A stretch of 63,363 bases of DNA, the filler included, from Peribolospora baueri (lineage: Eukaryota): the NCBI GenBank assembly GCA_029717555.1. It is 17 parts of 17 records of this genome, joined end to end, with 100 filler letters (N's around TTAATTAATTAA, not from the genome) between each part and the next. Parts side by side here need not be neighbours in the genome. Positions count along the whole stretch, not along the records: positions 48,256 to 51,319 come from JAMDHS010000216.1; positions 51,420 to 54,394 come from JAMDHS010000217.1; positions 54,495 to 57,433 come from JAMDHS010000218.1; positions 57,534 to 60,415 come from JAMDHS010000219.1; positions 60,516 to 63,363 come from JAMDHS010000220.1; 12 more parts are not named here. The stretch is one strand, 5' to 3'. A program made the translations under genes and the position numbers. The notes under the pieces are model-generated. The model did no database searches and had not been told where the DNA came from. It was given only the letters and a program-made list of their open reading frames with translations. Positions 48,256 to 60,639 of this stretch are shown here, piece by piece (positions within the stretch are counted from its first letter, which is position 1; every line of letters begins with the position of its first letter).

Positions 48256-51200
48256 CTTCCTCTCTCTTTTTTTTCTCTTTTTTCCCTTTTCTTTCCTCCC
48301 TTTTTTCTTTCCTTTCCTCTTTCCCCCCCCCCCTCCCTCTCTTCCCCCCCCTCTCTTCTCCTCCCTTTTCCTTTTTCCCCTTCTTCCTTCCTTCCCTTTT
48401 CTTCCTCCTCTCTTCTCCTTCTCTCCTTCTCTTTTTCTCTCCTCTCTTCTCCCCTTTCCCTCCTTTTCTCTTTTCTCCCTCCCTTTCTCTCCCTTTTTCT
48501 CCTTCTTTCTCTTTTCCTTCCCCCTTTTCTCTCCCCTTTTCTTTTTCCCTCTCCTCTTTTTCTTCCTTCCCCTCCCTTCCTCCCTCCCCTCTCCCCTCTC
48601 TCCTTTTTCCCTCCTCCTTTTCTCTTTTTCTTCCCTTTCTTTTTCTTTCCCCTCTTCTCTTTTCTTCCCCTTTTCTCTCTCCCTTCTCTTTCCCTTTTTT
48701 CTTCTTCCCTTCTTCCTCTTCTTTTCTCCCCTCTTCCTCCCTTCCTTTCTCCTTCTCCCCCCCTTTTTCCTTTTCCCCTTCTCCTTTCTCCTTCCCTCCT
48801 TTCTCTTTTCTTTTCTTTTCCCTTTCTCCCTTTCTCCCTTTTTTCCTTCTCTCTCTCCTCCCTTCTTCCCCTCCCCTCCTTCTTTCCTTTTTTTCTTTCT
48901 TCTCTCCCCTCCCCCCCCTTCTTTTTCCCTTTTTTCTTCCTCCTCCCTTCTCTCCTCTCCTTTCCTTTCTCCTTCTCTTCTTCCTTCCCCTCTCTTCCCT
49001 CTCCCCTTTCTCTTTTCTTCTCTCTTCCTCCCCTTTTTTCCCCTTTTCCCTTTTCCTCCTTTTTCTCTTCCTTCTCTTTCTCCTTCTCCCCTTCTCCCCC
49101 CTCCCCTTCCTTCCTCCTTCTCTCCCCTTCCCCCCTCCCTCCCCTTTTCTTTCTTTCCCCTCCCTCCCCCTCTCTCTTCTCTCTCTCTTCCTCTCCTTTT
49201 CCTTCTTCCCCTTTCCCTCCCTTCCCTCTTCCCTCTTTTCTTTCCCTTCTTTTTCCCTCCTCCTCTTTCCTTCCCTCTCCCCTCTCTTCTCTTCCCTTTT
49301 TTTCCTTTCCCCCTCTCTTCTTTTCCCTTCCTTCCTTTCCTTCCTTTCCTCTTCCCCTCTTTTCCTTTTTTTCCTTTTCTTCCTTCTTTTTTCCCCCTTC
49401 TTCCCTTCCCTTTTTTTTCTTTCTCCCCCTTCCTTTTCCTTTTCCCCCCTTCTCTTTTTCCCCTCCTTCCTCTTCCCTCCTCTCTTCTCCTTTCCTCCTC
49501 CCCTCTTCTTTTCTTTTCTCTTTTTTTTTTTTCTTTCCTCTCCTTCCTTCTTCCTCTTCCTCTTCTTTTTCCTTCTTCTTCCCTTTCTCTCTTTTCCCTT
49601 CTTTTCTTTCTTTCCTCCTCCCTTCTTCTCCCTCCTTTTCCCCTTCTTTTTTCCTTCCTCCCTCCCTCCTTTTCTTTTCTCTCCCCCTCTCCTCTCCCTT
49701 TTTCTTCTTCCCCTTCCCCTCTTCCTCCTCTTTCTCTTTCTCTTTTCTTTTCTTTCCTCTCTCTTCCCCTTCCTCTCCCTCCCCTTCTTTTTTTTCTTTT
49801 TTTCTTCTTTTCTCCCTTCTTCCCCTTCCCTCCCTTTCCTTCCTTTCCCCCCCCTTCTTTTCTCCTTCTTCTTCCTTTTCCTCCCCCCTTTTCCCCTCCC
49901 CCTTTCCCTCCCTCTTCCTTCTTTCCCTCTTTCTCTCTCTTTCTTTCTTCTCTTTTTTTTTTTTCCTTTCCTTTCTTCTTTTTTTTCTTTCTTTTTCTTT
50001 TTCCTTCCTCTCCCTCCCTCTCCCTTCCCCTTCTCCCTCTCCCTTCCTTCTTTTTCTTTTCTCCTTCTTCTTCTCTTTCCTTTCTTCTTTTCTCCTCCTT
50101 CCTTTTTCTTCCCTCCCCTTTCTTTTCTTCCCTTCTCTTTTCTTTTCCTCCCTCTCTCTCCCCTTCCTTCTCCCTCTCTTTTCTCCCCTTTTCCTCCCTT
50201 TCTTTTTCCTCTTTTTCCCCTTCTTCTTTCTTTTTCTCTCTCCTTTCCCTTCTTTCTCTTCCCCTCTTCCTTCCTCTTCCTCTTTCTTCCTCCTCTCTCT
50301 TTTCTTCCTTCCCTTCCCTTTTTCCCCCCCTCCCTTCTCTCCTCCCTCTTTCCTTTCTTCTTTCTTTCTTCTTTCTTTCTTTCTTTCTCCTTCCCCTTCC
50401 CCCCCTTTCCTCTCCTTTTCTCCCCCTTTTTCCTTTCTCTTCCTTCCCCTTCTTCCCCCTTTTTCCTTCTTTTCCCCTTCTTCCTTCTCCTTCTTTCCTC
50501 CCCTCCCCCCCCTTTTTTTCCTTCCCCCCCTTCCCCTCCCCTCCCCCCTTCTCTCCTCCTTTTTTTCTTTCTCCTTTTTCCCCCCCCCCCTTCTTTCTCC
50601 TTTCCCCCTTTCCTCCCTCTTTTCTTTTTTCCCCCCTCCCCCTTTCCCCCCCTTCTCTCTTTTTTCTCTCCTCTCTTCCTCCCTCCTCTCCCTTCTCTCC
50701 TTCCTTTTCCTTTCCTCCTTCCTTTCCTCCTCTCCTCTTTTCCCTCCCCTTTCTCCCCTCTTCCTTCCTTTTTTCCTTCCCTTCCTCTTTTCCTTCCCCT
50801 CTCCCCCCCCTCTTTTTTTCCCTCCCCTTTTTTTTCTTTTTCTTTTTTCTCTTCTTCCTTTTCCCCCTTCTCTCTCTTCCTCCCTTCTCCTTCCCTTCCT
50901 TTCTCCCTTTTCCCCTCCTCTTCCTCCTTCTTTTTCTCTTCTTCCTTTCTTCTCTTCCTTCCTTCCTTTTTCTTTTTCTCTTCCCCTCTCCCCCCCTCCC
51001 CCCTTTTTCTCCTCCTTTTCCTCTTCTCTTTTCCTCCTCCCCTCTTCCCTTCCTCCTCTCCCTCCTCTTCTTCCCCTCCCCTCCCCCTTCTTCCCCTCTT
51101 CCCTTCTCTTTCCTCTTTCCTCTCTCCCCTTTTCCCTCTTTCTCCCTTCTTTCTTCCTCTTTTTCCTCTCTCTCCTCTTTTTCCTCTCCTTCCCTCTTCC

Positions 51201-51319
51201 CCTTTCCTTTTCCCCTTCCTTCCTCTCTTTTTCTCCTCCCTTCCTTTCCTCTTCCCCCCTTTTCTCTTTTCTCCTCTCTCCCCTCTTCTCTTTTTTTCTT
51301 CCTTCCTCTCCCCCTTTTT
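48256..51319. other. 3.1-kb aperiodic C/T-only contig, probable artefact
   Basis: No A or G seen; occupies the entire contig. Confidence 0.8.
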
Positions 51320-52950
51320 NNNNNNNNNNNNNNNNNNNNNNNNNNNNNNNNNNNNNNNNNNNNTTAATTAATTAANNNNNNNNNNNNNNNNNNNNNNNNN
51401 NNNNNNNNNNNNNNNNNNNCCCCCCCTCCCCCCCCCCCCCCCCCCCGCCTTCCCCCGCAGCTTCATCATCCCCGACCGCCATCACCCCCTATGGGAATCG
51501 TCGGTAGGTGCCGCCTTTCGCTTCGCCGCCCGTCACCTCACGCCGGCCAAGGACAAGAGCAAGGGCAGGACGACGACGGCGGACGAGAAGTCCGAAAGGT
51601 CGTCACCCGTGCTCCAGCTCCAGGAGAATTCTTGGGAACGGACGAGCGTGTTCGCTTGAGAGCGACTCCCGATACCGATCTGAGATTCGCCGGTCGTCAT
51701 GCGCCCTGTTTGTTTTGTTTGTTGGGACGGACGGTACGTAGGTCCAAGTCAAGTCATGATGGTTCCAGAACCCCCTCTTCCAGTTCTTCTTTCCTTCTCG
51801 CTCTCGTCTCGTCCGTCGCGATCGTTGTTACCCACGTGTACCCCCCCCGGTCGAACTTGTAACGTTACACGTTCCTTCCCCTCTTCGTCCCGTCCCGCCT
51901 CCATTCCGCGTCATATAATCCTGTATGCTACGCCCGTCACGCCGGACGACTGAATCGACATTGACGTTGACATCGACATCCATATCCCTCCTCCGTCATC
52001 CTTAAGAACACCACCGTCGCCTCCGGTCTGGTCTGGTCCGGCCCGGCTGACGGCCTCACTATCCATGGATCGATCTCTGAAGAGACATGGATAGGAGACG
52101 AGCACTGGCGTGGCGGCCGAGCGGACTGACGCATCTTGGACGGGCGGGGCGGGCGTTGGTTGACGTACGACGACGGACGGATGGGCGGACAGATAAAAAA
52201 AAAAAGAGAAAAGAAAAGACCGGGGCCAGCGTACGACGGACGGTGCGCAATCTGCTCCCCCCGGACTTGGGATAATGTTCCGGACTGATAAAATGTATTC
52301 GACGCATCACACCAACGAACGGCCCGGCCTTACTTACTTCCGCCCTCGACCTCTTAACGCAAGATGCGTCAAGGATGCCGTCATCCTCTCTCTCCGCGAC
52401 CCCGACATCTCCATCTTCTCCCCTCTCCCTTCCTCACGCGATCCCGTGGGGGTGGAGAGAGGGACGGACTGGCAAGCAAAGATGGACGACGCACCGGCGA
52501 GTGCGACGCAGAACAGGCAGGACAGGCGCCTTGTTCTTCCACCTCGGCCTCTGAACGCAAGCTGCGTGGAGGATGCCGTCATCTCTGAGGGCGGCCTAAA
52601 TCCTTTTGTCTTCTCTCTTCCTTCTAGGAATCCTTTCCCGCCGCTCCAGCTCCGCAACGCGGCGCCCGCTGTGATGATCAACCAGTAGCGTCTCCTCATC
52701 GCCCTTCCATCCCGTCTTGTTGGCGAGCGTCAGGATGGCGACAGCGGCGGAGACGAGAAAAGACACAATATCCTGCGCACCTCGCGCGAGCGCCAGGACG
52801 GCTCGAGGAGGGGCCCCCTCTTCGCCTTCTTCTCCCCGCCCTACCGTCTATAAAGCGCGACGGATCGACGTCTCGCAGTCTCACATCTCTCTGCTTTCTC
52901 CCCAGTCTCCCCCCTCCTACTTCGCCTCGCACCTCCATTCCTTCCCCACG

Positions 52951-53844
52951 ATGGCAGTCATCCACCCTTACTGGCGCACGTACGACGGCAACGGAAGCTT
53001 CAGACCGTTGGCCAACACCGAGCCCCTCGGCTGGGCCGCGCACGCCCTCGCCGCCCTCATCTTTGGCTCGTACCTGGCCGGATGGAGGTCCATCCAGCAA
53101 CCCGACCTGGTCGTCGCCGTCGCCCTCGGCTTTGTGAGTTTTGTCTGCCCTCTCTTTCCGACCGCTCGTCCGTCCCCGGAGCGCAGGCTGACGCTCACGA
53201 CGCCATTCGTCTAGTCCACCATCGGTCTTTACCTCTCCGCCATCGGCGCCTTCTTCAACAACGACGTCTTCCACACCACCGTCTTCGGTGCCATCGCCGG
53301 CCTCTGGGCCGGCTTGGCGCTCATCTACCTCGTCCCTTCCGGCATCTTGGCCGCCTACACCTCCGATAAGACCATTCCCGCCGACACGCTCGATAACGGC
53401 TTGGGACTCTATCTCCTCTGTATGTGTTTCCGTACTGATGGCATACGTGCCGACGACGACGGGACTGACGTTGTGCGTTTTCCTCGGATAGGGTGGGGCG
53501 TCGCCTTTGCTCTCGTGTCCTTCTTCGCTCTGCGCCGGCACATCGATATCGTAGCCGCCGCCGGCTTCGGTTCCATCGCCCTCTTCCTCCTGTCCGGCTC
53601 GTACTTGAACGCCACCACCTCCGGCGCCTCGACCGCCGCCGCGACCAAAGCCGGCGGCTACTTCCTCCTGTTCAGCGGCATCGCCGCCGTCATTCACACC
53701 ATCGCCGGCGTCCTCGCCGCCGAAAAGCACTGGGTTCAGTTGCCCGTCGGCCCCCTTCGTGGCGACGTGCACGAGCTACACCCGCCTCCTCTCGGCTCTG
53801 GCCCCGGCTTCACGTCCTCCAAGGTCGGAGAGAGCGGGGCCTAA
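52951..53844 (+). CDS. Gpr1/Fun34/YaaH (acetate/ammonia transporter) family membrane protein, 3 exons
   Basis: LANTEPLGW (family motif NPAPLGL), about 6 hydrophobic segments, LGLYLL/WW, KAGG, LPVG; TATAAA at ~52849; introns ~53134-53214 and ~53420-53491. Confidence 0.75.
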
Positions 53845-54357
53845 GCGAACGAACGGCGCGCCGACGACCGACCGTTCGCCCTTCCTTCTCCAATCTCGGT
53901 GCATCCGCGCAATGCGTCGGACGGATCACCGATCTCGCCCTCCCGGACCGACTGGATATCCGCCTGCCCATCTCTCGTCTTTACCCTTCACAGTTCATCA
54001 TCCCCAACTTACCCTCTCCCTTCATTATTCCCCTTCACGCTTCGCTATTCCCCTTTACCCTTTCGTGCACCACGGCCTGCTTCGGAACGGCACACACGTC
54101 GACGTTACATGAGCGGAGAGTTCCCGATTTATAGATTTCATAGCGATGTCCTGACGCCGACGCGCGAATGTTACGACCCCCACTTTTTTGTCCTTTCATC
54201 CCTCGCCAATCGAGAGACGGTTCGGCCAACGTGGCCGGTAGCGCCGTCTGGATGGCGTGATCGCAGACAGTCGGCGCGCCATTTTTCGCCTTTTCTCTCA
54301 CGCATGCTTGAAGAAGTTTAAGTTTCGCCCACCACCCGAGAGCGAGCTAGCGAGCGC

Positions 54358-54391
<34 letters not shown>

Positions 54392-54708
54392 CCCNNNNNN
54401 NNNNNNNNNNNNNNNNNNNNNNNNNNNNNNNNNNNNNNTTAATTAATTAANNNNNNNNNNNNNNNNNNNNNNNNNNNNNNNNNNNNNNNNNNNNCGGATA
54501 ATTCAAATTCACTAAGATAGGTGTGGAGACAGCGGAAGCATCGTTACTTCACTCATGCGGGGCCACAGTTCATGGTCACCTTATAAAATCGAGGACCGAC
54601 CCGATCCAACCTGCTCAAAAGCCCTCGCATTTCTTTCCGAGCACACTGCCAGGGCCTCATTACAAGGTTGGCACCCCTGCGTAAACCGCTTCGAGCGCCC
54701 GGGGAAAC

Positions 54709-57071
54709 ATGGACGACCTCGATGCTTCCATCTCGAATCTAAAGCAAGCGGTAGACCTCACTCCCGATGGACATTCTGACCGGCCAGGGCGCCTCAACAA
54801 CCTCGGCAATTCGCTGCGAATGCGCTTCGGTCGCCTCGGGGACACCGCCGACCTCGACGCTTCCATCTCGAATCTAAAGCAAGCGGTAGACCTCACTCCC
54901 GATGGACATTCTGTTCGGCCTGGGCGCCTCAACAACCTCGGCATTTCGCTGCGAATGCGCTTCGGTCGCCTCGGGGACATGGACGACCTCGACGCTTCCA
55001 TCTCGAATCTAAAGCAAGCCGTAGACCTCACTCCCCATGGACATTCTGACCGGCCTACATACTTCACCGGTCTGGGCAATTCGCTGCAAACGCGCTTCGG
55101 TCGCCTCGGGGACATGGACGACCTCGACGCTTCCATCTCGAATCTAAAGCAAGCGGTAGACCTCACTCCCGATGGACATTCTGTTCGGCCTGGGCGCCTC
55201 AACAACCTCGGCATTTCGCTGCGAATGCGCTTCGGTCGCCTCGGGGACACGCCGACCTCGACGCTTCCATCTCGAATCTAAAGCAAGCGGTAGACCTCAC
55301 TCCCCATGGACAATCTGACCGGGTTGAGCACCTCACCGACCTGGGCCGTTCGCTGCAATATCGCTTCCGTGTCACCAAGGCCGTAGACGACCTAGAGCAG
55401 AGCTTGCGGGTTTTCAACGAGGCTGCATCCTCTCGTGCGGGACGTCCTGCAGTTGTGTTCGAGGCAGCTGTAAATTGGGCCAATCTGGCCCGTGAGCAAG
55501 GTCGGTCGCAATCGGCGTTAGATGGGTACTCAGCAGCCGTGCGCCTACTACCTCGGGTAGCTTGGCTGGGCCTGGACGCAGAATCCCGTCAGGCAGAGCT
55601 GCTGAAGTGGTCCGGCAACCTGGCCCGGGACGCCGCGTCGTATGCCATCGGTCAAAGCCAACTCGAGCAGGCTGTTGAGTTTTTGGACGAGGGTCGCTCC
55701 GTCATTTGGGCTCAGGCCTTCGCGCTCCGGACAGGACTCGATGAGTTGAAGGTGGCTCATGATGAGCTGGCCGATCGACTAGAACGGGTGAGTCGACAGC
55801 TCCACCGTGGTGCTTTTGTCTACTGGCACCTGGTCCGCGACGTGACACGTTCAGAAGGGCAGGGAGAAAGCCCGGAGCAAGTTGCGCAGCATCACCGTCG
55901 CCTTGCCAGCGAGTTGGACCAACTGGTGGAGCGCGTTCGAGGACTGGCCGGCTTCGAACACTTTTTGCGTCCACTACCTTTCGCCCACCTTCGCCGGGCC
56001 GCGGAGGGGAGTCCGGTGGTGATCATCAACGTGAGCGAAATGCAGGTCGACGCGCTGATCATCCGAGCAGAGCGTGATGTCGAACGCGTCCCGTTGCCCG
56101 ACGTAAACGCGAAGACGATATCCGCTTATGCCAAAAACCTGGCAGAAGACTTGCGCGACGAGGCCGCTCGCAAATACTATCTCGCTCCTGCCCTCAGAAG
56201 CATATGGAAGAGCATTGTCGTCCCTATCTTGAACGCATTGGGCGTCTCGACGGATGGACCGGTGGACAAGACCCAGCCGAAGCCGCATATCTGGTGGTGT
56301 CCGACGGGTCCCCTGACGTTCATTCCTTTGCACGCCGCGGGACCTTGCGCGAATGGTCAGCCGGATCTCACCGAACGCGTCATCTCGTCCTACACCACCA
56401 CGCTTTCGGCCTTGCTTCGCGCTCGCGATAGCCATGTACGAGTCACCGGCGGTCGGGACCGTCTTCTCATTGTCGGGCAGGATCCCGGTGAAGACGAGCC
56501 TTGGAACGCGCTTCCAAAGTTGGCCAAAGAAGTGGCGCTCGTGGAGTCCTTGGCAAAGAAGGCCATGGCCGACGAGGATGTGGAGACGTTGAGGCAAGGA
56601 AAAGCCACAGTCGACAACGTCTTGAAAGCCATGGGCGAGTGCACCTGGGTCCACCTATCTTGCCACGGTCACCAGGACGCCGAAAAGCCGATGGAGAGCG
56701 CTTTTAGCTTGCACGAGGGCCGACGGCTTCGCCTCTCAGACATCGCCTCCCAGCGGCTTCAGCACTCGGATTTCGCGTTCCTCTCGGCGTGCCATACTGC
56801 TGTCGGGGCGACCGAACTGTCGGACGAGTCGATCCACCTAGCCGCCGCCCTTCAGTGCGCTGGATTTCGAAGCGTGATCGCGACGACGAGGGCTATTAAC
56901 GACCAGGACGGTCCAACGGTCGCCGAGCACGTCTATCGCCACATGTTTCGAGGCGAGGGAAGGAACGCCACGGACGCTGCTCGCGCCTTAAACGAGGCCG
57001 TGTTGGCTTTGCGTCGAGACAGGACCGTCAAGCCGGATCGATGGATACCGTTCGTCCATATCGGCATTTGA
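54709..57071 (+). CDS. TPR-CHAT protease (about 5 TPR units plus CHAT); 1-nt frameshift at ~55250
   Basis: 135-nt repeats, then LLPRVAWLG, AVEFLDEGRSVIW, HIWWCPTGPLTFIPLHAAG, HLSCHG, LSAC. GACACGCC at 55246 versus GACACCGCC at 54841. Confidence 0.92.
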
Positions 57072-57534
57072 AGCATCGGTTTCAAGATGGTGAACTGGGA
57101 CTGCTGCGCCGTTGTAGGACGTAGAGGTCTTTGTGCTGCTGACACCATCTCTTGACCCTTGACGCACTTTCGAACAGCATCTTCCCGGACGAACATATTC
57201 CCGAACGAACATGTTTCGTCCGATGGGAAGGGGTGACGCTCTCACGAACCTCTCGGCCGATATCGGAACGCACCATTTCCCCTTTTCTCTAGCAGATGGA
57301 GGACGTGGAGGACGGGGAAGGGGAAGGGGAAGGAGAGGCAAAGGTAGAGGACCTCGCGTGGAGGTGAGTTGGTGTGTCGAGGTGTCTTTCGTAACCTCAG
57401 GGTATGATGGGCGTGAATGGTCACCTTTTCATCNNNNNNNNNNNNNNNNNNNNNNNNNNNNNNNNNNNNNNNNNNNNTTAATTAATTAANNNNNNNNNNN
57501 NNNNNNNNNNNNNNNNNNNNNNNNNNNNNNNNNC

Positions 57535-58413
57535 GTTGACTACGTCTTGAACGATCCGGAGCTGTCGAAGCAGTACAAAGTCCGCGGCGTCACGCGCGAC
57601 CCGTCCAAACCGGCGGCCCTGGTCCTCCAGCAGAAGGGCGTCGAGGTCGTCAAGGGCGACATGGACGACAAAGAGTCCATCAAGCAAGCCGTGCATGGCG
57701 CACATACGGTGTTCTCGGTAACGCCGGTCTATGAGCCTCTGTCGAAGCAAAAGGAAATCAACCAGGGCAAGACCGTGGCGGACGCCGCGGTGGCCGCGGG
57801 CGCGCAGTACTTTATCTGGAGCACATTGCCGCATGTCGGCAAGCTTTCTGGAGGCAAGCTACAGCGGGTTTCGTACTTTGACGCAAAAGCTGACGTGGAG
57901 GAGTACATCCGCGGTCTCTCGATCAAGAGCGCCTTCTTCGCGGCAGGGTCATTTATGCAGAACTTCCCGGGCATGCTGGCCCCGCGGCCCGTCGGCGATG
58001 GCACCTACGTGATCACCAACATTGTCAAATCGGAAACGCAGCTGCCGCTTATCGACATTGTCAGCGACACCGGCAAGTTTGTTGGCGCCATCCTCGCGGA
58101 GTCGGACAAGTACGCCGGCAAGGTCTTTTCGGCCGCCGTCAAGCTTTACTCGTTCGACGAGATCGCCCAGACGCTGAGCACAGCGACGGGTAAGACGATC
58201 AAGTACAGAGAGGTGCCCGATGACACCTTTCGCGGGTTCTTGTCGCCCCAGTTCGCCGACGAGTTGGTCGAGATGCTGCAGCACTTCCGCGATTATGGCT
58301 ACTACGGCCCCCAGCAGAAGGAGCTCGTCGAGTGGACCGCGCAGCAGGCCCGCGGCAAGCTGACCACCTTGGGAGAGTATTTCGGGAAGAACCCGTTGAG
58401 CTTGGAGGGATGA
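57535..58413 (+). CDS. NmrA-like NAD(P)-binding protein, 5' truncated, no introns
   Basis: VRGVTRDPSKP; VEVVKGDMDD; EINQGKTVADAA; FDAKADVEEYIR; FMQNF; DTGKFVGAIL. Confidence 0.9.
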   Translation, partial: VDYVLNDPELSKQYKVRGVTRDPSKPAALVLQQKGVEVVKGDMDDKESIKQAVHGAHTVFSVTPVYEPLSKQKEINQGKTVADAAVAAGAQYFIWSTLPHVGKLSGGKLQRVSYFDAKADVEEYIRGLSIKSAFFAAGSFMQNFPGMLAPRPVGDGTYVITNIVKSETQLPLIDIVSDTGKFVGAILAESDKYAGKVFSAAVKLYSFDEIAQTLSTATGKTIKYREVPDDTFRGFLSPQFADELVEMLQHFRDYGYYGPQQKELVEWTAQQARGKLTTLGEYFGKNPLSLEG

Positions 58414-60064
58414 GGGACGTGAACACAGGGAAGACGCGGCTAATGACATGATTCGAGGGAAGGAAGGACGGATGGCGTAGCCGCATTAGTGCATGCCGTG
58501 CTGGTTGCGCTTTTTCGTATAAAACCTATACAACAGGGCAGGACGAACGACCGTGTTACTCCAGGGTATGCCTTGGGACATCGACAGGATTACGCGGACA
58601 GAAACGAAAGCGGGGATAGTTCTAGCCTCCTTTTCGGGAGGATTCGCGGTAGAGGAGGTAGGGCGTAGGGAATACACGGACAGGCACGCAGAAGAGGGTC
58701 ACCACACGGAAAGTCTCACTTAACCCAACCATGAGAAGAGCAAACCAGTGGCCGCGTTTAGCCTGGTGACAGCCGGCGATGCGCCGCGGGTTAGATAGGG
58801 CCACTGTACCCAGCGGGCAGAGTACGGGAGGCCGCACTGCGACAGCATCCCGAGCGCGGGCGTGGGTACCGTCCAAAAGGAACGTGTCAAGTGCTGGCAA
58901 AGTTTGGGACTGAGTGATGCTGGATTACTGCAAGTCTCTGTCCACTACTTTCTTGTGTGCTCAGGTTGTAGCGGACTGAAGGTAGGACTGGAGGACTAGA
59001 ATGTTTTGGACTGGACTGCTGGGGGGTTAGATGCCAGGCGTGAACCTTGACATGGTATTGAAGAACTGAGCGGTATGAGGATTGAAAAAGAAGCATGAGA
59101 AGCAAGAGCGAGAGCGAGCGACCTCCATTTCATCTCCGTCCAGGAGCGGCACCGTCGTGATGAGAAGAAGCTGACCTTCATCGATAGGGTAGTGTGTGTG
59201 AAGAGTGCAGGGCTTCAGGGTGTTGGCAACGCCGAACGAGTGCGTCATCTCGATCAGCAGACGTGGTGAGTCTCCGCAACATTGCGAATGCTGTTGAACC
59301 TTTCGACAGAAGGAGGAGAAACGTCTATATCGGCCGTACGGCGAGAGGACGCGAAAGAAGACGAAGAGTGCGACATGAAGCAGGTACTTCGAGTGGTGAA
59401 ACGGAAAAGACTTCGGAAGTGAAGGGGAACAATGAGCACAGTGTTGGCTCTGTGGTCAAAAAGAATGGGTTCTAAATAGTTTCAGTGAAGGTTCTGGATG
59501 CAGAATTCGTTCTTTCAACGAATCCTCCCATTGTTCTTCGATACGGAAGATAGTTCGAGATGCTTACGAGCTCTTACTTTCAAGGTCCACCCTTCGCTTA
59601 TGTAGACATGAAGGGGGTCAAGTATCGTGTATTCCAAATGAACCGTCCCATTGTTCTTCTACGTTAGGTTCGAGACCCTCACGAGCTCTTACTTTAAGAG
59701 AAAAGATCAGAAGACTGAAGAGTGAGGGTGATGCTGTCTTCCCCCTTGCAAGGCCGCCGGAAATGGTGGAACAGTGAATGGATCACGTGATGTGCACGCG
59801 AAGGGCTTCCATTGACAATCGTTAACACGCTCGGCGCCTACTTGCTTTGGTTTGAAGAGGCGGGGCTTGGCCGACACGCTTATGAGGATGCTCAAGCGGA
59901 GACGACGAATTCTTTCTCACTCGCCCCTTTGTTCCAGCTTCAAGTCATCTCTGAGCGCCCTTTCTACTCACCTCTCTTCGCTACCAACTCACCGAAAGTA
60001 TCCTCCACCTCCACATTCTCCGCTATCACGACCTTCCTTGCCTCTAGCACAGATAGTCGAAGAC

Positions 60065-60415
60065 ATGACGTTCTGTGAAGAGACAGGGTTTTACGCCAGA
60101 GATCCGGCTATTCCAGAGCTCAGGCGTGCCGCCAAAGGCACCACCTCGATCCTCCAACGATGTCTCCTCAAGACTCCAATCGTCAGTGTTCATTACCCCA
60201 CCGAAGAAGACCCCAAGGAGTACAGCAATCGCCGCGACGTCGAGGAGTCCTTCCGTCGCGAAGCGCGCGCTCTGTCGTCCCTCGAGAGACATCCCAATAT
60301 TGTCGTGTTCGTTTGCGAAGCGCCAGCCAACCTAGGCATCGTCTTGGAGGACGTCGTGGGCGCTACGACGCTCAATGACCATCTCAACCAATACACCCCC
60401 TTCTCGCTCATGTCC
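60065..60415 (+). CDS. Protein-kinase-like N-lobe fragment
   Basis: FRREARALSSLERHPNIVVF...GIVLEDV; cut by the gap. Confidence 0.55.
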
Positions 60416-60515
60416 NNNNNNNNNNNNNNNNNNNNNNNNNNNNNNNNNNNNNNNNNNNNTTAATTAATTAANNNNNNNNNNNNNNNNNNNNNNNNNNNNN
60501 NNNNNNNNNNNNNNN

Positions 60516-60563
<48 letters not shown>

Positions 60564-60639
60564 CACCGCGTGCCAGCGTCCATGCAAATCAGGTTGAAGT
60601 CGGATTCCACCTCGTCCGAATCAGCAAAGAAGTAGAAGA

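Noticed and set aside
52335..52625. Imperfect direct repeat (CCTCGxCCTCTxAACGCAAGxTGCG..GGATGCCGTCATC)
   Set aside because: Only two diverged copies; no element structure or function supportable.
59520..59700. Imperfect ~60-nt direct repeat spaced about 120 nt apart
   Set aside because: Two copies only; looks like a local duplication.
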